64,000 nt of DNA from Myxococcales bacterium (GTDB lineage Bacteria > Myxococcota_A > Polyangia > Polyangiales > Polyangiaceae), in assembly GCA_016706225.1 (NCBI GenBank), contig JADJKB010000022.1, positions 192,689-256,688 of the forward strand, given 5' to 3'. This document shows positions 45,348 to 53,164 of this stretch, in pieces. The notes beneath the pieces are model-generated. The model was not told the origin of the DNA. It did no database searches and saw only the letters and a program-made list of their open reading frames with translations. The translations under genes and the position numbers were made by a program. The number at the start of each line of letters is the position of its first letter. Positions within the stretch are counted from its first letter, which is position 1.

Positions 45348-46829
45348 AAAAGACCGGATAGGCCAGTTCGACGCTCCGGGCTGCCGCTCGACCTGGCAGA
45401 ACACGCGGGCGAGGCACTGTTCGTCCAGATCGCGCGGGCGCTCTCGGACGACATCCGGCGCGGACGTCTGCGTCCCGGCGCCCGCTTGCCCGGCGCGCGG
45501 ACGCTGGCGAGCGAGCTGGCGGTACACCGAAACACCGTCGTTGCGGCCTACAGCGAGCTGGCGGCGGAAGGCTGGATCGTCGCACGAGAAGCGCGGGGGT
45601 CGTTCGTCTCGTCCGCGCTGCCGGAGACTTCGCCTCGGCGTTTCACTCGCAGCGTTGCACCCGCGGGGGTCGCCCGACGACCCGGCTTCGACCTCGGACG
45701 ATTTCCCGACCTCGACGAGAGCGCCCCGCCGCGCGGCGCGCTGGTCTTGTCCGGGGGAGTGCCGGACGTACGCCTTGCACCCAAGCTGGAGCTTGGGCGG
45801 GCGCTCCGGCGGGTGCTCGGGCGCGACAGCGTCCGGGTGTCGAGCTACGGCAACGAGCAGGGACACCCCGCACTCCGCAGCGCGGTCGCCGAACTGTTGA
45901 CCACGACGCGAGGTGTGCTCGCTGCGGCCGACGACGTGCTCGTAACCCGCGGCAGTCAGATGGCGCTGTACTTGATCGCGCGCGTGCTGCTCTCGCCCGG
46001 CGACGTCGTGGCGGTCGAAGCGCTGGGGTACCGACCGGCCTGGAACGTGTTCTCGAGCCTGGGCGCCGAGTGTCTACCGGTGCCAGTGGATGCCGCTGGC
46101 CTCGACGTGAGTGCGCTCGAACGCGCGCTCGAACGCCGGCCGATCCGTGCGCTCTACCTCACTCCGCACCATCAGTATCCGACGCTGGCCACGCTGAGCG
46201 CGCCGCGTCGCCTCGCGTTGCTCTGGCTGGCGGAGAGACACCGCTTTGCGATCATCGAAGACGACTACGATCACGAGTTCCACTACGAAGGACGACCCGT
46301 GCTCCCGTTGGCAAGCGCGGACCGCGCGGGGGTGGTGCTCTACGTCGGCACGCTGTCGAAGATCTTCACACCGGGCCTGCGCGTTGGGTGGGTGGTCGGG
46401 CCGCCTCCCGTCATAGAAGCGATGAGCCGCGTGCGCGCCCACATCGATCGCCAGGGCGACTTGCTGCTCGAGGCGGCGCTGGGCGAGTTGCTCGAAGACG
46501 GAGTCGTGCAGCGCCACGCGCGCAAGGCCCGGCGCATCTATCAGGCGCGCCGCGACCATCTGCTGGAGGCGCTCCGGCGCCACACCGGCGACTGCCTGAG
46601 CATCCGGGTCCCCACCGGCGGCATGGCGCTCTGGGCTCGGACCCAGGGCATCGACGCGGACGCCTGGGCCAAGCGCGCGCTCTCGCACGGGGTGGTCGTG
46701 CTGCCAGCGCGCCGTTTTGCGTTCGACGGCCGAGCCCGACCGTTCTTGCGCCTCGGGTTCGCCAGCCTGAACGAGCGCGAGCTGAGCGAAGCAGCGCGAC
46801 GCCTCGGTCGCGCCCGCAGCAGCAAGTGA
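45345..46829 (+). CDS. MocR/PdxR-type regulator (GntR HTH fused to a class I aminotransferase-fold domain)
   Basis: LPGARTLASELAVHRNTVVAAYSELAAEGWIVAREARGSFV is the helix-turn-helix. GTLSKIFTPGLRVGW contains the PLP-lysine context. The start is uncertain: TTG 45345 or GTG 45312. Confidence 0.85.
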   Translation: MKRPDRPVRRSGLPLDLAEHAGEALFVQIARALSDDIRRGRLRPGARLPGARTLASELAVHRNTVVAAYSELAAEGWIVAREARGSFVSSALPETSPRRFTRSVAPAGVARRPGFDLGRFPDLDESAPPRGALVLSGGVPDVRLAPKLELGRALRRVLGRDSVRVSSYGNEQGHPALRSAVAELLTTTRGVLAAADDVLVTRGSQMALYLIARVLLSPGDVVAVEALGYRPAWNVFSSLGAECLPVPVDAAGLDVSALERALERRPIRALYLTPHHQYPTLATLSAPRRLALLWLAERHRFAIIEDDYDHEFHYEGRPVLPLASADRAGVVLYVGTLSKIFTPGLRVGWVVGPPPVIEAMSRVRAHIDRQGDLLLEAALGELLEDGVVQRHARKARRIYQARRDHLLEALRRHTGDCLSIRVPTGGMALWARTQGIDADAWAKRALSHGVVVLPARRFAFDGRARPFLRLGFASLNERELSEAARRLGRARSSK

Positions 46830-46835
46830 CAGCGC

Positions 46836-47846
46836 TTGCGAGCACAGCGTGCCTTCGATACCTTCCGCAACCGCTCCGTGGCCCGCCTGTTTCGTGAAAT
46901 CTTCGTCGAGCGCTTCCTGCTCCGCCGGGCCGAGCGCCGCGCTGCGAGCGCCTCTCCGGAGCAGCGGCGGGAAATGCGCCGACTGCTCGGCGCCGCGCGC
47001 GCGAGAGTCGGCGCGGCCGGGCAGCTCCGCAGTCCCGGCGAGAACGGCCCCGCGTTCAGGCTGCTGGGCGAGGCGTTTGCGATCCTGGTGAGCGCGCACC
47101 TCGTGGCGCGCGGAGAGGCCGACGGTGAACGCGTGCTCGGAGCGGCGTCGGCATGGCAGAAGCTGGAAGCGCTCGCGGAAACGGGTGAGCTGGCGCGCGC
47201 GCCGACGGACCTCGAAGGTTTTCTGAGCAACGAGGACGTGCTCGCCGCCGATCGACTCGAACCTCGCGAGGCCCTGCGCCTCCGCCCACAGCTCGAAGCC
47301 CTGCTCCGGCAGCTCGCCGGCGCGCTCGAGGTGCGCAGCGTGCGCCGCATCAAGGTCAACCGCGCCCTGCGCATGGTGGCGGTCGCGGCCGGCCTCTTGA
47401 CGCTGCTCGTCGCGACGGTGGCTTGGGCGCTCGCGCCGGCCAACGTCGCCCGGGGCAAGCCGGTGACGACGAGCAGCATCTTCCCGAGAACACCCGATCC
47501 GGCCGGCGCCACCGACGGTGTGCGAGGGCGCGGGTTCGGGGTGCACACGACCTTCGAGCATCTGCCGTGGGTCATCATCGACCTGGGCAAGAGCTACAAA
47601 CTCTCGGAGGTCGTCGTGTACCACCGCAGCGACAACCATCAGCTCGAGACCCTGCCGCTCACCTTGCAGCTCTCACAGGACGGCGCGAGCTACTCGGAAA
47701 TCTCGACGCGCAGCACGTTGTTCACGGCAGAAGAGCCTTGGCACCAGAAACTCGACGGTAAGCCCGCGCGCTACGTCCGGCTGATCGTGAACAAAAAAGA
47801 GAAGGGCTACATCGCCCTCAGTGAGATCGAAGTCTACGGAAGGTAG
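46836..47846 (+). CDS. single-pass membrane protein with a C-terminal F5/8 type C (discoidin) domain
   Basis: TM helix MVAVAAGLLTLLVATVAWAL. ATDGV...LPWVIIDLGKSYKLSEVVVYHR...ARYVRLIV...IALSEIEVYG. Confidence 0.7.
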   Translation: MRAQRAFDTFRNRSVARLFREIFVERFLLRRAERRAASASPEQRREMRRLLGAARARVGAAGQLRSPGENGPAFRLLGEAFAILVSAHLVARGEADGERVLGAASAWQKLEALAETGELARAPTDLEGFLSNEDVLAADRLEPREALRLRPQLEALLRQLAGALEVRSVRRIKVNRALRMVAVAAGLLTLLVATVAWALAPANVARGKPVTTSSIFPRTPDPAGATDGVRGRGFGVHTTFEHLPWVIIDLGKSYKLSEVVVYHRSDNHQLETLPLTLQLSQDGASYSEISTRSTLFTAEEPWHQKLDGKPARYVRLIVNKKEKGYIALSEIEVYGR

Positions 47847-47857
47847 CGAATACGGAG

Positions 47858-48418
47858 ATGCCCCGACGACGCTTGCACGAGACCTCACCCGAGGCCACGA
47901 CCGAGACCGACGAAGATCTGGTCTCGCGCACGGACAAGAAGCGCGCGCGGCGTGTGCGCGAGGACGCACTCTTCGAGCTCACCCGGGAGCTGACCGCACT
48001 CAGTGAGAAGAACCTCGGGCGACTGGGCCTGCCGGAGCCGGTCCTGGACGCCATCCTCGACGCTCAGAAGATCAAGAGCCCGCGCGCTCGCGGTCGGCAA
48101 GAGCGGGTCGTGCGTGGCGCACTGCGGGACGCCGAGTGGCCGGCAGTTCGCGCGCGACTCGACACCCTGCTCTTGCACGGCACGGCTCCGACGGCGGCGC
48201 CTGCACCGGGCGAGGGCAAAGAGCGCGAGTGGGTGGTGCGCCTCTTGGGTGAAGGCAGCACCGGGCTCGACGCTTTTCTGGCGGACCACCCGAGTGTGGA
48301 TCGCGAGCACCTGTTCAAGCTCGTCCGCGCGGCGGGTCGCGGTGCGCCGGACGTGCGCAAGCGGGCCGAGGGCAAGCTCGCGCGGACGATTGCGCTCCTG
48401 TTGCGGCATCCGGGTTGA
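47858..48418 (+). CDS. YjgA/DarP-like ribosome-associated protein (DUF615)
   Basis: SRTDKKRARRVREDALFELTRELTALSEKNLGRLGLPEPVLDAILDAQKIKSPRARGRQ matches the YjgA pattern. ACGGAG RBS. Confidence 0.7.
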   Translation: MPRRRLHETSPEATTETDEDLVSRTDKKRARRVREDALFELTRELTALSEKNLGRLGLPEPVLDAILDAQKIKSPRARGRQERVVRGALRDAEWPAVRARLDTLLLHGTAPTAAPAPGEGKEREWVVRLLGEGSTGLDAFLADHPSVDREHLFKLVRAAGRGAPDVRKRAEGKLARTIALLLRHPG

Positions 48419-48430
48419 GCGCGCGCCGAC

Positions 48431-50173
48431 TCAGACGGGCTCACCCTCGACCACGATGCGGCGCCAGAGCTCGAACGTGAGCAGCATCCACAGGCGTAAC
48501 CCGTACCGGCCCGGTCCCTCCTCCGTGTCATACGAGAGGAGCTGCGCGACCCGCTTGGGATCGAAGATGCCAGCCCGCACGATCTCCTTCTTGCTCAAGA
48601 TCTTCCGAGCGAAACGCCGCATCTCGCCCTGAAACCAGAAGTGAACCGGCACACGCATGCCGCTCTTCGGGCGCCGAATCACCGCTTCCGGCAGCGCGTC
48701 CTTGTACGCGAGCTTGAGCACTACCTTCTCCACACCCTGCCGCAGCTTCAAGGTCGGCGGCATCCGGAAAGACAGCTTCAACAATCGCTCGTCGAACAGC
48801 GGCGACAACATGGTCAGGGCGAAGGCTCCGGTCATGCGGTCCACCTTGGGCAGGATCAGGTGCGCGCCCTTCTGTCGGATGTTGATCGCACACAGCTTGT
48901 TCAGGAACGCGGTGGGCAGCTCGGCGTCGAGCTCACCCGAGAACACCCCTTCGAGATCCTGCTGTGCATCCACCTTGGAACGCCAGCTGGGCACCATCAG
49001 ACGCGCCCACTCCTCGTAGCTGCGACGATAGGAAGCCAGGTACATGCGCGCGCGAAACCCCGAGTCTCGATCGATGCCGCCATACCAGTGGTGGAGCAGC
49101 ATCGGGATGTTCTTGGGGCCGCCAAAGACCGGATCTCCTCCCTCACCGTTGAACACACACGCCACATCGCGCGACACGCGCCCGGCGAGCTCGAAGTTGG
49201 GCACCGTGATCGGGTCGCCGATCGGATCGTCGAGGTGCCAGACGATGCGGCGCAGGCGCGGCAAGAAGTCCTTCGGGCGCAGCAACACCTCTTCGTGCTC
49301 GGTGCCACAACGCTCTGCTACAGAGCGGGCGTACGGCAGCTCGTTGTCGTAGTCGTCCCCGAAGTGGATGGCGTAGGTCTTGACCTTGGCGTCGTGTTGT
49401 CGGGCGACCTCCGCGGTGACGGCGCTCGAGTCGAGCCCGCCCGACAAGAAGACACCGACGGGCTCACCGCGGGGCAGCCGCACCGCAACGGCGTCCCGGT
49501 GCAGCTCGGCAAAACGCCGGATCCACTCGGCGTCCGGCGCTGATTCGAGCTCACGATCGTCCTCGAACTCGTACCAGCGCGTGATCGCCGGCTCGGCCGC
49601 AGCGCCCTCGAGCTCGAGCCGATGTCCGGGGCGAAGCTCGTGCACACCTTCGAGCATGGTGCCGCTGCCGGGTACGAAGCTCATGCTGAGGTACTGCGCG
49701 ACCGCGGCGGCGCGGATCCTGCGTGGGAACCCGGGCGCCGACAGGATGCCCTTTGGTTCCACCGCGAACAGCAGACGTCCCGCATGGCGAGCCCAGTACA
49801 GCGTGCGAACGCCGGCTCCGTCGCGTGCGAGACAGAGCCTCGCGCCGTCGAACGCGGCAAAGGTGAAGGCGCCGGTGAGCTCGCTCACGAGCTCTGGACC
49901 CAGCCTGCGGTAATCCGCCAGCAGCTGCGCGGGGGACACGAACCGGGAGCCGGTCAGGTATCCGCTCATTGCGATACACGCGTCGGCTTCCGAGGCGAGG
50001 CATGCGGAGCGCAAGCGCGGCGAAGCTTCGGGCCGGGCGGCACGCACGGCCACGCTGCCCTGTGCCGAGACGAAGCTGACGACCTTGCCGCGACCGCGGT
50101 GAGCGAGCACTTCGCTCATGCGTTCGAGCAGGCGCGGCTCGGGAGGCCCTGTGAAACCGAAGAGCGCGCCCAT
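48431..50173 (-). CDS. asparagine synthetase (AsnB) family protein lacking the N-terminal Cys nucleophile
   Basis: PP-loop VFLSGGLDSS. AsnB-like N-terminal domain, but the protein starts MGALFGF with no Cys at position 2. The start overlaps the upstream stop (TGATG). Confidence 0.85.
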   Translation of the reverse strand: MGALFGFTGPPEPRLLERMSEVLAHRGRGKVVSFVSAQGSVAVRAARPEASPRLRSACLASEADACIAMSGYLTGSRFVSPAQLLADYRRLGPELVSELTGAFTFAAFDGARLCLARDGAGVRTLYWARHAGRLLFAVEPKGILSAPGFPRRIRAAAVAQYLSMSFVPGSGTMLEGVHELRPGHRLELEGAAAEPAITRWYEFEDDRELESAPDAEWIRRFAELHRDAVAVRLPRGEPVGVFLSGGLDSSAVTAEVARQHDAKVKTYAIHFGDDYDNELPYARSVAERCGTEHEEVLLRPKDFLPRLRRIVWHLDDPIGDPITVPNFELAGRVSRDVACVFNGEGGDPVFGGPKNIPMLLHHWYGGIDRDSGFRARMYLASYRRSYEEWARLMVPSWRSKVDAQQDLEGVFSGELDAELPTAFLNKLCAINIRQKGAHLILPKVDRMTGAFALTMLSPLFDERLLKLSFRMPPTLKLRQGVEKVVLKLAYKDALPEAVIRRPKSGMRVPVHFWFQGEMRRFARKILSKKEIVRAGIFDPKRVAQLLSYDTEEGPGRYGLRLWMLLTFELWRRIVVEGEPV

Positions 50174-51333
50174 CAGCCGAAGTCGGCGTCGCCGCCGAAG
50201 TCCGCGCTGCCACCGAAGTCCGCGCTGCCGCCATGAGCTGCACCGTCATCGCCCGACGAATCGTGACTCGACTCGAAGCTCGAGTCCGAAGACGCCCCGC
50301 CTCCGTCGGAACCCGTCGAGCCGGGCTCTGCGGGTCGCTGCGGCGGCTGGGGATGCTCGACCGATTCCGGGACCGGCGGTGGCGCGAGGGCGAGCCCCGC
50401 CAAGCCGCCGGCGAGCGCACCGAAGGCGATCAGATCCACCGGGACCGCGAACGCGGTCGCCTCGGGGACGGTGGGCCCGAGGGCCTTGATCTTGGGGACG
50501 TCTTTGGGAAACAACCCGGCATCGATCAATTGACGACCGGACAGCGGCAAGAGCCCGGAGGCGATCAGGCGCTCGCGCATGCGAGTCCCGGTTGGTGTCG
50601 CGTCGTGCAGCAGCAGCACGGGCAGATCGGCTCGCTCCTGGAGCAGCCGCTTGGCATGAGAGAGCAGATAACTCGGGTAGCCATTTTCGCTGAGCACGAG
50701 CGCCCGCTGATCGGCGTGGAAGTTGTTCTTCACGAACAGATCGACCAGCAGGTCGTGCTGCACGACCAAGATCCGCTCGACACCGTAGTCGTAGATGTCG
50801 CTCTCGCGATACGGACCGGGCGCACGATCGAGCGACGGTTTCTCGAGCAGTCGCTCGATGGGGCGCTCGGCGGCCCTCCACTTGTTGACCCAGCCACGCA
50901 ATGCTTCACGCGAGGCCGCCGCGCGGCCCTCGGGGGAAATCTGGCGTTGAAAGCGACCGGCAATCCAGGCGACGACCCCCACCAGGATGACCAGCGCCGA
51001 CACGAGCACGAGCGCGGTCGAGTCCAACACACGCCCGACGACCACACCGACGACTCCGCCAAGCACCGCAAGGCGGCCGCTCCTGCCGCCCAGGGTGAGA
51101 AGAGTCTCGAACACAGCCAGGATGCGCTGCTCTCGCCCACGGCAGTAACGAGCGTAGAGCTGATTGAAGGTGAAGTAGTAGGTGTCCTTGGCGCTAGCGC
51201 CGGACAAGAGCGCCATGAACTTGGTGTCCGTGATGCCGTCGCTCTTCGGATCGAAAACGTACTGATACTTGCAGCTCTTGCACGCGGTGCCTTCGCGCCG
51301 GGTCTGGCTGGTGGCGCACTTCGGACACTTCAC
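50173..51333 (-). CDS. Zn-ribbon membrane protein with a degenerate Toprim-like segment and an acidic repeat tail
   Basis: The GTG start overlaps the upstream stop (GTGA). CPKC...CKSC ribbon, 2-3 TM helices, then ILVVQHDLLVDLF...LVLSENGYPSYLLSHAKRLL...LPVLLLHDATPTG, a further TM helix and the tail GGSADFGGSADFGGDADFG. Confidence 0.7.
   Translation of the reverse strand: MKCPKCATSQTRREGTACKSCKYQYVFDPKSDGITDTKFMALLSGASAKDTYYFTFNQLYARYCRGREQRILAVFETLLTLGGRSGRLAVLGGVVGVVVGRVLDSTALVLVSALVILVGVVAWIAGRFQRQISPEGRAAASREALRGWVNKWRAAERPIERLLEKPSLDRAPGPYRESDIYDYGVERILVVQHDLLVDLFVKNNFHADQRALVLSENGYPSYLLSHAKRLLQERADLPVLLLHDATPTGTRMRERLIASGLLPLSGRQLIDAGLFPKDVPKIKALGPTVPEATAFAVPVDLIAFGALAGGLAGLALAPPPVPESVEHPQPPQRPAEPGSTGSDGGGASSDSSFESSHDSSGDDGAAHGGSADFGGSADFGGDADFG
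50176..50235 (-). repeat. three tandem 18-nt coding repeats (GGSADF / GGSADF / GGDADF) forming the extreme C-terminus
   Basis: The reverse complement reads cat ggc ggc agc gcg gac ttc ggt ggc agc gcg gac ttc ggc ggc gac gcc gac ttc ggc, followed by TGA. Confidence 0.9.
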
Positions 51334-52022
51334 GCCGACACGCTCCGCGTGATGATGGTGCGGTTCAGCATCGGGTGATCTTCGTCGGTCGGTCCGGTGT
51401 CACTGTCCGGGTGATAGACGACGACGTCGAGTGCTTCGTCATCAGTGAAAAAACTGTGCGCGGCGTCGGCGGCAATGATGAAGACCACGCCGGGTGACAG
51501 GTCGTGTTCTCGCGTCGGTGTCACACATCGGCCCGAGCCACGTGTGACCATACCGACCCGCACGGACGGATGAGTGTGCCGGGTCTGGCGCGTGCGAGCC
51601 GGAATGTGCAGGTGGTTCAGGCACGGATCACCAAGGCGGCTCGGCGGCAACAGGAGCGAGTCCGTGCAGCCGTCGATGTAGCGCAGGCGACCGCGTGCCT
51701 CGATGGGTCCACCCAGGCAAAACACTCCCGAGTGTCCGAGGCGCGACATGACGACCCCCTTGCCGGCGCCCCCGATGCTGCCCCGGCCGACCACGGCGGC
51801 GTACATGCCTGCGCTCAACGTGAAGCGCCCGGCGTTGCACACGAGCCCGGCCTCGCCCTGATGAACGAAGACGTAGTGCGTCGCGCCATCGGTGAGCTCG
51901 AGCACGGCGCCACTCCAGCCGGCGAGCGCGCTGGGCAGCGCGCCTCCCGGCTCGAGGCCGAGGCCGTGCTCCAAACTTGCGAGCCGAATGCCGTCTGGCG
52001 TTCGCTCTTCGGGGGAGGACAT
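51330..52022 (-). CDS. cupin-fold protein (probably a two-barrel bicupin)
   Basis: RHTHPSVRVGMVTRGSG...PGVVFIIAADAAHSF is a cupin metal-site pattern. The N-terminal half (GATHYVFVHQGEAGLVCNAGRFTLSAG) resembles a second barrel. The start is chosen at the ATG at 52022. Confidence 0.55.
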   Translation of the reverse strand: MSSPEERTPDGIRLASLEHGLGLEPGGALPSALAGWSGAVLELTDGATHYVFVHQGEAGLVCNAGRFTLSAGMYAAVVGRGSIGGAGKGVVMSRLGHSGVFCLGGPIEARGRLRYIDGCTDSLLLPPSRLGDPCLNHLHIPARTRQTRHTHPSVRVGMVTRGSGRCVTPTREHDLSPGVVFIIAADAAHSFFTDDEALDVVVYHPDSDTGPTDEDHPMLNRTIITRSVSA

Positions 52023-52187
52023 CGCACGGGAGAGTAGCGCGGCGCGGCTGCGAAGTGACCTACTGAGTTCAGACCGCCCCGTGAGCGTCGCTCGGGACTT
52101 CGCCAGGGTTTTGCCCCGCATTCGACCTGTTGGTCAGCCGAGCAAATCTTGCGACACTGGGCTAACCGCCCCTCCTACGGCCAGCTC

Positions 52188-53135
52188 ATGACACACGCAA
52201 TGCATGGTGTTCCGTGGACCCCGGCGAAGATGCGCGCCGCGGTCCAGAAGGTGCAAATAGGCGGCTCAGTCAGCTTCTCCTTCGGAACGGATCCGCTGGA
52301 CTGTCTGCGTCAACTCGATGGGCAGGTCTTCGCGCTGCGCCCCGACCTGAACCTCCACATCTCGCCCAACCTGAAGGGCGCGAAGTTCACCGAGGCAGAG
52401 CTCGAGACCGTAGCCTCCCTCGAACACGTCCGCGGACTCGAGGTCTCCGCTTCCAAACAAGCCCGACTCTCAGCCCTTGGCGCCTTGCGACACCTCGAAC
52501 GCCTGACCCTCCGCGGAAGCCTGCCGGACGTCGAGTTCGTGGGCCAGCTGCCGGCGCTCACCCAGGTCTTCGTGTGCGGTGCCGCCAAAGGACTCGATTC
52601 ACTCGGGACCTGCTCCGCGCTGGAGCAGCTCCACATCCAGTCCGCGGCGGTACCATCCCTCGCCTTCATCGAGTCGCTGCCGCGGCTGCACCGAGTCACG
52701 CTCGACGGCGTGCAGCAGGTGGGTGGGCTCGAAGCTCTGACGCGCCTGCCAGCATTGGAAGTGCTTCAGCTGAGCGAGATCAAAGAGCTCGTCGACGTCG
52801 ACTTCATCGCTGCGCTCGCCAGAGTCGAGAGCCTCACAGTGAGGCAGTCGCGAGTAGTCAAGCTGCCCGATCTCTCCGGCCTCGAGCGCCTCACCGAACT
52901 GCAGCTTCATCTGATGAAGGCCTGGACCAACCCCGAGGTGATGGCGACGCTGCCATGCGTCGAGCGGATCAAACTCGAAGAGATCAACACCAAGCTGAAA
53001 GCCGAGCGCTTCTTCTTCCTGGCGGAGATGGGCTTGAGCCATCTGGACATCGAGTTCCTGGATTTCAACAAGGGACGCATCGAGGCGATCACCGCGCACT
53101 TCGCCAGGTTGGGCAAAAGCGCGCAGCTCGCCTGA
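52188..53135 (+). CDS. leucine-rich repeat protein
   Basis: Repeated LxxLxxLxL units (LRHLERLTLRG, LEQLHIQS, LHRVTLDG, LEVLQLSE, VESLTVRQ, LTELQLH). No signal peptide is visible. The start is uncertain: TTG 52149, ATG 52188 or ATG 52200. Confidence 0.6.
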   Translation: MTHAMHGVPWTPAKMRAAVQKVQIGGSVSFSFGTDPLDCLRQLDGQVFALRPDLNLHISPNLKGAKFTEAELETVASLEHVRGLEVSASKQARLSALGALRHLERLTLRGSLPDVEFVGQLPALTQVFVCGAAKGLDSLGTCSALEQLHIQSAAVPSLAFIESLPRLHRVTLDGVQQVGGLEALTRLPALEVLQLSEIKELVDVDFIAALARVESLTVRQSRVVKLPDLSGLERLTELQLHLMKAWTNPEVMATLPCVERIKLEEINTKLKAERFFFLAEMGLSHLDIEFLDFNKGRIEAITAHFARLGKSAQLA

Positions 53136-53164
53136 CGCTACACCGCGGCTTGGGCCTCGAAGGC

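Noticed and set aside
48431-52022. Canonical lasso-peptide (or beta-lactam/carbapenam) biosynthetic cluster
   Set aside because: Only the AsnB-like component is present. I see no PqqD-like RRE, no transglutaminase-like leader protease, no short precursor ORF with a Thr at -2 and no dedicated ABC exporter. The locus is reported as an unassigned system rather than as a lasso cluster.
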